A stretch of DNA of 64,000 bases from Podarcis vaucheri (lineage: Eukaryota), in assembly GCA_965113315.1 (NCBI GenBank), contig OZ220374.1, one strand, 5' to 3'. The position numbers were made by a program, and so were the translations under genes. Shown piece by piece: positions 53,053 through 64,000 of this stretch; position 1 is the stretch's first letter, and every line of letters starts with the position of its first letter. The notes beneath the pieces were generated by a model. The model was given only the letters and a program-made list of their open reading frames with translations, ran no database searches and was not told the DNA's origin.

Positions 53053-54940
53053 ACAGCGGGGTGTAACTCAAAGTAAACATGTATAGGATTGAGCTTTAAC
53101 ACTAGCTTCCCACTATCCCCATAAAACCCTCCACATAAAGCTATATAATATTTAATAAACACAGAAAGCTCAGAATGGAACAGAAACATTCTGTCTGGCT
53201 TTGAAAATTCAGAAGTTGCCAAAGGTAAATCATAAGAGATCTGACAAAGGAAGCTGTGGTAGGACAAGGAATTTCCAAAATGAAAAACAAACAGACTCTC
53301 ATTTTCTTTTATGCAAGGAAGGGAGACAGATTTGCAAAAATGACTGCATGCACCTTTCTAAGGGTGGGATTTTCTGCTTGTGAGAAGATTTGGATGTTAG
53401 CAGTAAGATTAATTATTTGGCTCTATCATAGAATCACAGCAGAACAAAGCTTTTCAACTTGCCCCATCTTTTAAAATGATGGTGGAGTGATTAGTCATTA
53501 GGAAATCTTCTGAGCTATATGAGCAGTGGCATGATGCTTACTTAAGTGTTCCCCAGCATTTGTGTGGGAGCTGATTAATATGGAGGCAGCTATCAAAAAG
53601 TTGTGGGTTGGGGTGTTCTTTCATCTTACTTATACGTGTGTTTAGAGGAAGGCTAGAAGACAATTTCTTATAAGAATACATGTGAGAGTTATTCCAGAGT
53701 TCAAAGCTTTTGCTGAAAGTATGCAAGTTTAATTCTGGTGAGATGTTCATCTTGTCTTCAGCTGATGCATCAGCTCTCTATTTCCACACTATTTATTGTG
53801 AGAAACAGAATGTCACTATGACAAACACCTATCAATAGAATTTTTACAGGAAAGCCATTAACATGTTACCCAGTTTGTTTGTTTATTCCTAGCCAGTTAC
53901 TTTTCACAATACCTGCATTTTAATTTATCTCATTTACATTGCTATTAACGAGTCCTACAGCCATCCTGTGCATTTTCCACTTGTATATCCTATTAACAAA
54001 CAAGACAAGCTGCTTATGTTGCTATGTAGCAATCTAGGCATTTTGCCTCTTTGCTAATAGCATACAAAAGTTGAGAACATTGCGCCCAACACCACTGGCA
54101 TACAGCCTCTGGAGGCTAACTAAATAAAGTTAGCTACCCCTGCATCCCACATTTTTTTCCTCACAGACATTTCCTGAATGATGGGAAAGCCTCTAACCCT
54201 TGGCTAAAGTACTCATTAGAATAGACTTCTTCTTCATGGCCAGACTGTGATCCTCAGCATTTGATCAAGGCAATTACCTGATATGGCCAGTGATGTGTTT
54301 TGGAGGGTGTTATACATGTTCCAATAATATTTCCCTTAAACTACTGTTACCTTTTTTGACAGTCTCTCTTTTAGGAATGTCAGCAGCAGCAATAGTATAG
54401 CTTGCCAAGTCCAAGTGGGGACTAAGAGCTCTCTAGGTCATAAAAGTGGAATCTGAAGGTGACCCTCAAAGAGAAATAACTAGTTCTTTAAACACTATGG
54501 CGCCCCCATGTGTGTGCCTCATGCATGCATGAAAACACAAGAGAAGCCACACTGGAGAAGACTTAGCGGTATATTCTTAACCAATGACTTGTTCTTCATA
54601 ATGGCCTACCAAATGCCTCTGGAAAGCTCATTAGGACATGAAGGGAATACTCCTGTTCTGTTTGCTGTTGCTGAAACTAGTGGTTGCATTGTGACTGGCA
54701 ATCACTGATAGAACAGTTTTCCTCTGTGAATCCACAGTTCAGAATCTCCAGAATTGGTTGGACTACAATTGCCATCATCCCTAGCCATCTTAGTCAGTGG
54801 TCAAGGATGATGGGAAAATATCTGGGGGTCCAATAACACTGGCCTAATCCTGCTTTAAGATAATGGCCTTCACCACATCTTGTGGCAGTGGATTCCATAA
54901 ATTAATTATGCACAATGTAAAGTTCTTTGCCTATCTTATA

Positions 54941-55291
54941 AAGGTAAAGGACCCCTGACAGTTAAGTCCAGTTGCGAACGACTCTGGGGTTGCGGCGCTC
55001 ATCTCGCTTTACTGGCCGAGGGAGCCGGTGTACAGCTTCCAGGTCATGTGGCCGGCATGACTAAGCCGCTTCTGTGTGAAACCAGAGCAGTGCACATAAA
55101 CGCTGTTTACCTTCCCGCTGGAGCGGTACCTATTTATCTACTTGCACTTTGACATGCTTTCGAACTGCTAGGTTGGCAGGAGCTGGGACTGAGCAACGGG
55201 AGCTCACTCTGTCGCGGGGATTTGAACTGCCGACCTTCTGATCGGCAAGCCCTAGGCTCTGTGGTTTAGACCACAGCGCCACCCACATCCC
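54941..55291 (-). mobile_element. Full-length Sauria SINE nested in a CR1 fragment
   Basis: Reverse complement of Sauria SINE head and ACCTTT tail; TSD TTTGCCT(A/G)TCTTATA at 54926-54940 and 55293-55307. Confidence 0.92.
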
Positions 55292-56377
55292 TTTTGCCTG
55301 TCTTATATCTCTTGCCAGTTTATTTCACTGTATGATCCAAAGTTACTGGGAATTATATGGGGGACCTTCTGTTGATCTCCACAACTTGCTTAGTATTGTG
55401 ACTCTCTATCACTTCTCCCCTTTGTCATACAAAAAGAAAACCACCCCTCCAAACATTCTAGAACCATTTCCCATGGTGATTTTGGCTTGACAATAGATCT
55501 ATGCTGGTTTCCAAGACCTCCAGCAGATGAGGCTTATATCTCACTACCTCCCGTTTGGCTGAAAGTACCTGTCTCCATGAGAAACATTATAAGGCTGACC
55601 TTCTCCAGCCTATTTACATCATAAGAGGTTCTTTTGTTGCTAACCCCACGGATGTCAAGAGCGTCACTCTTGTGCATAACAGCTTCTGTTACTTGGTAAC
55701 ATTTCCAAATATCATAGGGGAGAGTCAAAATGACATAAGACTGAAATTCAACAGCATTTAAACAAACAAAAAAAGCTACATAAGGGAATTCAAAATACGG
55801 AACAGGCTGTTGTATTGCACTTGTCATCAAACCACCCACTTCCTTTTCATAACCACTCTACACACCTGTGCATATAGAAATAACTGTGAGAAAAGGCATA
55901 TTTCTTTTTCTTCAGGCGTTGTTGCACTCAACATTTCATTTTATTTGTAAAAGCTGTGCAGAAAACAGGTTCTTGATTTCTTTTTTTAAAAAAGTGGCAT
56001 GGGTATTGTACAAACACTCCCAGGAAGGAAGATGCATATAATGTTCACATCATGGGGCTTTCAATGGCAGAAGCAACTGTGTGCATTTAATGCAGCAATT
56101 AGTAACTCACAAAGAAAATGAGAAAATAATATAATACAGTATACTCCTCTCGCAAACTGCTCTTCCACTTCTCTTTTCTGGAAAGATTACAAACTGAAAC
56201 AAACTGAAAAACAGGTTTTTTCACCCACTACTACCACCTTGCCCAGCTGAGCATTTCACATACTTAATGGTGGCATTTGACTTCCAACAGCCCAAGCCAG
56301 TATAGCCACAGGTCAGGGAGGAGGGGAGCTGTGGTTCAGTATAACTGGGAGAGCACCACATTGGCTACCCCTGCAAC

Positions 56378-56510
56378 CAGTGGCGGAGCTTCATGCGCCT
56401 GCGGGGGTGGGGCACCCAGCACGGGCGGGGGGGGCAGCTGCGATGGCACCCTGGGGATGACGCTGCCAGGGGCGGGGCACTCTCCCCGCCCTCCTCTTCC
56501 TCCGCCAGTG
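56378..56510. mobile_element. hAT-type MITE, GC-rich
   Basis: Termini CAGTGGCGGAG...CTCCGCCAGTG; 8-bp TSD CCTGCAAC/CCTGCAAA. Confidence 0.75.
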
Positions 56511-58349
56511 CCTGCAAACATGCTGACACCCTCAGGGTCAGTTATTTGCATTCCTGTGTAGAGGAAGTACATGCAGATCTATTGACGTGCAATTGCTACA
56601 AAGTGACACAGTTATATATAATTGAAGCCACCTTGACTGATGTCTGCAAGTTCACACTTACTTGGAGTAAATAGGGTAGGAATCAGAAATATGATTCCTC
56701 CCTCTGTGTGTATAGTCAGAAAGCTTCACAACTTGTCCTAACAACCAGACTCTGCAGTCATGGTATACGATCCCCGCCATGATTGCCATTATTATTGTGA
56801 CGTTGGCAATAGAGACGCAGGGCTCATTGTCACAAGCTGAAACCGCACTCCCCACCACTGAGTTGTGTTTGCATTTTCCTGTCTGCAGGCCTAGGGGAAT
56901 GCAGGATATGTGGACATGCAAATTAAAATCACACTTAAGAGTGTTCTGACTATCACAGGGCACCCTGGGGAGACCCTGCCTCCCATGTACGCGTATAAAT
57001 AAACAGCCCAACTCTCAATAAAAGCTCAAACAGGATTCATCTGAATTACAAGGCTACTTGAACAGAAACGGCAAAAAAAAATTTATTTATTTTTAGAGTA
57101 GAAGTATAAGCACTCGGGGAGTAAGTGAACTGTTTCAGGTTCCGTTTTTGGACTACTTCTCTTGCTCTAATCAAACAGAATTATATAAAGAGCCTAGTAG
57201 ACTCCAAAGTTCCCGGGATACATCAGAGAGCCTCCTAAAATAGAACAGTACTAACAGGATTAGATTGCCACTTCTCAGTAGTATTTGCTCTTTTAGACCC
57301 AGGGGAAACGAATCAGTTGATCTTAACAAGTAGATTTGTCTATCTCTACATAAAATTAATATATGTCATCCCCTCAGAGTTTGCTTCACCTTCTCTAGAG
57401 CCCTTGAAGTGAGGCTTTTGCAGCTAAATTTGGTGAGGAAATATTAGAACTACACTGAGGAGACTTGTTCTGAGGTAGTGAACCAGGTTAAGGAATCTTA
57501 GCACTTCTTTCAACTGCATCCTTTGTAAGAAAAGGCATTATGGAACCTTCCTTCCAAATCACTTCCTCGTTGTGATCTCAGTTAATAGATCCATGTCACT
57601 TCTCTCATGTGCAACACACTGAAGCACATCAGTTCCTTGCAACATCATTTGGACTAAGGCCTAGTGTAATCGGGAATCAGAATTTAAAGAGTTTGATTGA
57701 TTACATTACATGGATTAACACTACAATGGATTGGCAAATACATAAGGAATATTTAAAGGTGAATTTATATTGCCAACATGAAATTTAGCTAATGGCTGTT
57801 AGCCATTGCCAAACCCATCTTCCTTGAATATGTTTAATTTAATAAATTTCTGCAGGCCAATGCACATAATTAACCTGCAACTGTTCTTTGAGCACCCTTT
57901 GTACAATCACACATGGATAGCACACATCTGCCAACTGGAGTTTTCAAGTTATGCATGTTTGCAAGTTCTTTATTGTCTATTTATAGATTTTAAAAATTGC
58001 AGTCACATTTTAATCATACGTACTCCACTATAATAAAGTGTCATTTGCTATTGAACAGTAGCTTATGTTAGAAGCATCTTCTTCAAGGAACTGAAGGGTT
58101 AAGACTGGTAGCCCTTCCCATTTTGTCAGTCCTAGAGACAACATGTTGCTCTCGAAGTGTTTGGGACTACAATTCCCATAAGCCCCAGGCAGCATGGCTA
58201 ATAGTCAAGGATGGAGGAGTTGTAGCTCCCAACATCTGAAGGACACCACAGTGGCTATCCCTGTTCTAAGAAGAAATTTCTGACTGCCCAAGCATAATAG
58301 TGCAGCTGCATAGAGTACATAAGGGGAACATATGCATCAGATGTGATCA

Positions 58350-58770
58350 TAACAAGAGCTGTGCCAGAGGTCTATCTAATACAGTATTCAGTCTTCACAG
58401 TGGCAAACCAGATGCCTAATGAAAAAGGCCACAAGCAGGACATTGAGCAACAGTACTCTCCCACTCGTATCTCCAGGAACTGATGCACAGAAGCATGCTG
58501 TAATTCAGCCATCATGATTTACAGCTGCTCATAGTCGAATCCTCCATGAATTTGCCTTTTAAAACCATCCAAGTTGGCCATCACTACATCTTGTGGCAGC
58601 AGACTGAAGTTCAACTATGCAAAGTGTGAAGAAGTTCTTTTGTCTGCCCTGAATTTTCCCACGCTCGGCTTCATTGGATGACCCCAAGTTCTAATATTAT
58701 GAGAAAAGGAGGAAAACTTACTTTCCTCCACAGTATGCATGATGTCATACACCTCTATCATGTTGCTTCC
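58350..58770 (-). mobile_element. CR1 LINE 3' fragment
   Basis: Minus-strand ORF ...NIRTWGHPMKPSVGKFRADKR... is the CR1 ORF2 end, followed by 3'UTR. Confidence 0.75.
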
Positions 58771-60759
58771 CCTTTGCTTGCCTACAGTCCTTAGATGATT
58801 TTCATCTTTTGACCCTCTGCTTCTTGTATGTTCTTCTACACAAATCTTAAAATAATGGAAGAGCAGATACAAGCCAATATTATGTCATGATACAGATGTG
58901 GAAGATTTGAACGCCCTTCTTTGAGGGCTACTTTGTAAAAACAGAACAAAACACCCTTAAATCTTAAAAAAAATACTTGATGTTGGTAAAACAAGGCAAT
59001 TACCTGATCCAGTTTGCAGTGATGGTGTTATTTACATGATGTTCATTGGCCTTAGTCATGGTATTTAAAGAGAAGCAGACACTGGCCTTGAAATGAGTTA
59101 TGTCTCTTGCTTGGAACAAGATCCTTGACCATTACATAAAACATCCTCCTTTTTTGATGCACTTCAATGAGCTCAGTGTTCTTTGTTGCAATAATGCATA
59201 ATCAATACCACCCACTTTAAAAGTCAGAAATTCCAGAGAACGGCAGTTAAAATAAATTAATTTTGACTGGAAATGTTAATTTAAACTCTTTAATCACGGG
59301 AAACAGTTCTATGCATGTAGAATCCATGGTCCTACAATGTAGAATCCTGCCATCCAGTCTTCTGAATCCAGTGCATCTTTTCTCTGGTGTTGATCAATAG
59401 CAAAGGTGGCTGTTAAGCACTTTGAATAGGGATAGTGCTGTGGAACTGTAATTTAGGTTCTTAAAGTTTTTGAGAGATTTGAAATGAACAAACATTTGGA
59501 TCCGGAAACTATAATTGCTGCACCTATGATTTATATTAAAAAAGGAGTAGGATACCATTTTCCAGCTGTATGGCCACATTGCCTTATGGGCAAAACTCTG
59601 GGGGCTACAAGCCAGTGGTGGGTGGGGACATATGCAAAACAGTGGGTGGGCCCAGAAGCAAAACTGGGCGGAGCAACGAATGTGACTCTTATCAGTGCAC
59701 AGTAGGCTACATTCCAGCCATGCAAAGGACAGTGGTATCTAGCTACTCACAACTCCATCCTCCTTTAGGGAAGGCAGTAAGTGCTATTTCAGTTCAAGGA
59801 CACATAACAGCCAGGAAAATCACTCAAGGTGGATGGATGCATTAGCTGGCACACTAAAGCCTAGAAGGTTCTAAAGTTTTCTATTTCCTTTTATAGTATT
59901 TCTCTCCCTCAAACACTTCATTTTGCCTTTACAGTTTGAAATTAGGCATTAACTAGGTACAATAAAATAGATTACCTACTGACTTAACCACATGAGGCAA
60001 TTTACACATTCCTTTAAATCAGATGTCAGAAAACTCTCTGCAGAGGGCTGGAACCTAAGCTCTGGTCCACCTGACGCAGAACAAGTGAGAACAGACACAC
60101 TTTCATTAACAAAGGTGTGACACACTTAAAATTGCTGTACAAATAGCACTTGTGGTATCCAGGCAGCAGAGGACAAAGGAAAACGCAGAAACAGTTTGAT
60201 CTGCCTATGAAACTCACATACGTCTGCAGTTTTAGTCCAGGACTGGGGCTCAAATTCACTGGGTGGCCTTAAGCAAGTCTACCTAGGTAACGAAAAATAA
60301 AAAAATAAATGGGGAATAGGAAGGAAATCAAGTATGGCTCTCTGAAGATCTTGGAGAAAGGGGTAAGGTAAAAATGCCATACATTTGTGGTTCTCAAATT
60401 TGTCTTTTTTGTGGATCATTTGAACATTGCTTGGGGGTGGGACCACTTGATGGACCACTCAAACTTCTTTTTTTTAAAAAAAAAATCTATAGCAACTAAT
60501 TCAAAATTTTTATAACCTTAGCATTTGCTTTCTCATGCGGTGGATGTGCTGATTTGGGGAGCCAAGTTCTGCAAAACTGATCATTCTTGCCAGGATAAAT
60601 AAATAAATAAAACAGAGGGCCAAGTACAGATATGCTTAACTATTCCACAGCCTTTCCGTGGATGACAGTTCAAGAACCTCTGTTGTAAATCAAAGTTCAG
60701 ACGGAGCACAGTGCTGTGACGAGCAAAAACATCTCTCCCTTGGCCTTGACAACCTTAGG

Positions 60760-60915
60760 ATTTATAAAGTGCATTCAAGTGTTCACAGAATTTCATGTAC
60801 CTCGTTCTATTATCATTACAACAACCATGTGAAGTGGGCCAGTATTATAATCCCAGTAAAGATACTGCAGGTCAGAAGCAGAGACTTGAAAAATAGAGCC
60901 TGGAGGTCATAATAT
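60760..60915 (-). mobile_element. MIR/CORE-SINE-like relic
   Basis: cattacaacaaccatgtgaagtggg...tattataatccc resembles the CORE domain. Confidence 0.4.
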
Positions 60916-62327
60916 TTCCCTCGAAATACTGTCCAAAGTTCTTTGCATCCTACCTGCAGGTTTTGTATTTTAAAAAGCGACTTTCTTCCAAAGGCTGCCA
61001 GAATAAACCTTGCAAGCCAAGGCAAATCCACACCATATATTTAAAGTACACCCAAGAAACATTTCAAAAGAAATAATTCTGCAATTTCCCCCTCACAGTG
61101 GTACAATTTCCAGCACCTTTAACAAACCACAGTTCCTGGGATTCTTTGGGGGAAGTCATGTGCTTTAATTGTGCGCCAGATGAGCTGTAAATATATAGTG
61201 TGGATCTGTCCAGAGTGTGGTGTGGTGGTTACCTACTGGACTAGTATCAGAGAAACCCAGGATCAAATTTTGCCACAAAGCTTCAATCAGACCCTGCCAC
61301 TTAGCCCTTGGAGTGGGAAATTGGTGCACTCCAGGGACTACAATTCCCATCTTTTCTGACCATTGGTCATGGTAGCTGGGGCTGATGGGAGTTGGAGTCC
61401 AACGTCTCAGGAAGAACAGAGATTTCCCATCCTTGATTTAGACTTCTCTCACAGGGTAGTAATAATGATAAAATACCCCCCTGTAAAAAAATGTGATAAT
61501 AAAAAAAAGTTCCACCACTTCCAATTTTTCAAGTTGGGCTGTTAACCATTAATTCATCTATCTTTGGCTGAATAAAACCCTCTCTGTTCTTTAGCAACCA
61601 TTTAAATATACCAAAAAGCCCGCAGGGCATTCTACACCTAAAATACTCCCATTCTTTTACGATGTCTTTGAATGCCGGACACAAACGTTTTACTGAACCA
61701 CAGAGAACACACGTTCCCAAGGGCATTGTGAGAGCACTCACCTGTTTGAATGGCGCCTTTCTCGTTGCTGCTGGGCAGGGCAGGCAAGCCTGTTCCGTCA
61801 GTGAAAGCCCAAGGGAACAGATCCCACACAACATTCCATCCCCTGGTTTCATACCTTGCCATTTTACTGGCATGTTTGGTCCAGCAGGAATAATTACTGG
61901 GTTAACAGGCACCAAAATGAAACCCAGCCTAACAACCAGCTTTAGATCAGTAGTCTTGAAAGTAGACTTTGGGTTGGTCCAAACCTCCATCTCTTATCTT
62001 TCTTCTGTTCCCACCCCCTCCGTTCCCCACTCTCCTGTTTCTCACCTTCTTTTTCTCCTTGCCTTTGAAAACAAACCAAGAGATAACTCAGAAATTATGT
62101 CACAGCAGAGCACCTCATCTCAGTTTCTTGACCAAGATACAGTAAGGATCTTGACCTTGCTTGGAAAATAAACGACTAAACCATTGTACAGGATCTGAGT
62201 GAATTTGATGAATGAGAATGGGTTCAATCCTAACCATACTTACTAGAGAGTAAGTCCCATTGTACTGCATGATGTGTAAGGACATAAGCTGCAAATCACA
62301 AATAGATGCCCCTTACATGTGAAATGC

Positions 62328-62691
62328 GGGGACGCGGGTGGCGCTGTGGGCTAAAGCCTCAGCGCCTAGGGCTTGCCGATCGAAAGGTCGGCGGTTCGAA
62401 TCCCCGCGGCGGGGTGCGCTCCCGCTGCTCGGTCCCAGCGCCTGCCAACCTAGCAGTTCGAAAGCACCCCCGGGTGCAAGTAGATAAATAGGTACCGCTT
62501 ACCAGCGGGAAGGTAAACGGCGTTCCGTGTGCGGCTCTGGCTCGCCAGAGCAGCGTTGTCACGCTGGCCACGTGACCCGGAAGTGTCTCCGGACCGCGCT
62601 GGCCCCTGGCCAATAGATGTGAGATGGGCGCACAAACCCCAGAGTCTGGCAAGACTGGCCCGTTTGGGCAGGGGTACCTTTACCTTTACCT
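62328..62691 (+). mobile_element. Full-length Sauria SINE, young
   Basis: Head GGGGACGCGGGTGGCGCTGTGG, B-box GGTTCGAATCC, (ACCTTT)n tail; 15-bp TSD TTACATGTGAAATGC at 62313-62327 and 62692-62706; CpGs intact. Confidence 0.93.
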
Positions 62692-64000
62692 TTACATGTG
62701 AAATGCAAGTAAAAATAATGTGGAATCAAAAGGTGTTCTGTAGGAACGCATATTTAATCAAAGGAAAATAGTGAGATGGAATATCCAAGGAAATTTAAAA
62801 AAGCAAAAACAACCTCCTGCTATTCCATTAACTGACTGCCTTTGCTCAGTTAATGGAATATTTTAATCAAATATGTGAAGGTAGAAAAAGATTTAAAATT
62901 CAGCCTCATCTTAATTTTGTAGAGAGTTTTTTATGGAAAAATCTCAGCTCTAATAACGTTGTATTGATTGTGCTGTATAAAACATTCAGCATCTGTACTT
63001 AGAATGGAAAAACAGGATTTCAAGAGAACAATATATTCATCTCACATTAAAATATAGATGATTGCAAGATATTTAAATATTCTCTTTTTAACCTCTGAGC
63101 AAGACTGTTGTTCTGCTTGCTTTATTTTCCTTTCAATCTTCTGGTGCTTGGGAGAATATTTTCTAATATCATTGTTGCAAAGCTTGTAATCATATGCATA
63201 AAAGCAAAGTCAGGCACTTCCCAGTTAAATATTATAATACTAAATTAACTTGGTGAGCAGCAGGACAGTCTTAACTTTCAGGAGGTTTAAATACAGTTGT
63301 CAAGATTTTAGACCTAATTATATGGCTATATCTGACATCAGGTTTTGGCAAAAGATACACAAATTCTTCTGCAAATTCATGGTGCATTAAAAATCCAGCA
63401 TTTTTCTTCTGATGGCATATTTTAAATCTGCAATACAACTCTGTTGGAAAGTACCAAGCTCCACAATTTAATCAAGATTAAAAACCAACAACAAAAAGAG
63501 CTTAATATTTTCTAAAAATGACTAAGGAGATAAAATAAAATAAGCTAACCAAACAAAGAACTGGGGCAGAGTTTAACAAAAGGCTTCCCTACAAAGTTTT
63601 AGAAACAGACTATCCGTAACAAGTAGTATGATGGATGGAAGAAATGAACTGATAATGTCAAATCCATCTCACAGATCTTTGAGAAAGAGGAATTAACGTT
63701 GCTGCACCAGACTATCATTACAATAAACAACTTCCTGTATGAACCAGGTGGCCAAATTGCTATGATTTGGTGTGGGGCAATTGTAAGGGGGGAAACCCTG
63801 TCTTCTTTGAGCTGCACACTTCTTAAAAGTAGAATTCCCTCACACTCTTGCTCATCCTACTTTTAACTTCTCCGTCCTTCAGTTTATTTATTTCTTGAAT
63901 CTGGTTGGGGGACAACTAGGCAGGAAAGGAGGGGGACACATAGCTTTCAGCAAAGACAGATTTGATGTTACACCATTCAGGCATCTTTTTAAAGTTCAAT

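Noticed and set aside
52758-53267. 169-aa ORF as an independent gene
   Set aside because: Chimera of flanking DNA and the Bov-B ORF C-terminus.
62328-62410. tRNA gene suggested by the GGTTCGAATCC B-box (also at about 18537)
   Set aside because: These are tRNA-derived heads of Sauria SINEs, with SINE body, tail and TSD.
48400-64000. Last exon of the expected upstream neighbour UMAD1
   Set aside because: No DVPFTLAPHVL or YDFTLENSVL-like translation seen.

Overview
AT-rich vertebrate genomic DNA, almost certainly from a squamate reptile and probably a lacertid lizard. That inference rests on Sauria SINEs, Bov-B LINE fragments and reptile-type CR1/L2 elements and MITEs. The window holds one complete protein-coding gene on the minus strand, GLCCI1 (glucocorticoid-induced 1, FAM117 family). 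It has 8 coding exons, all with GT-AG introns and consistent phases: join(complement 46852-47392, 35437-35588, 25018-25104, 23393-23506, 21803-21955, 17923-18133, 10012-10132, 8604-8955) = 1731 nt, 576 aa. It also has a CpG-island/CCAAT promoter at about 46.6-48.0 kb and a roughly 2.65 kb 3'UTR. The rest is intronic or intergenic DNA with many transposon relics. The most unusual object is a perfect 126+1+126 bp palindrome in intron 1 (43601-43853). It has the structure of an inverted Penelope-like retroelement end and a hammerhead-ribozyme-like core in each arm. Other points of interest are a TSD-flanked solo LTR carrying a 185-codon ORF, two uORFs in the putative GLCCI1 leader, a 12-bp duplication of the stop-codon region and an E-box-dense patch in intron 7. 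Most other ORFs in the track are chance ORFs. I find no convincing evidence of a wholly new multi-gene system. Repeat family names come from recalled consensus motifs, not database searches.
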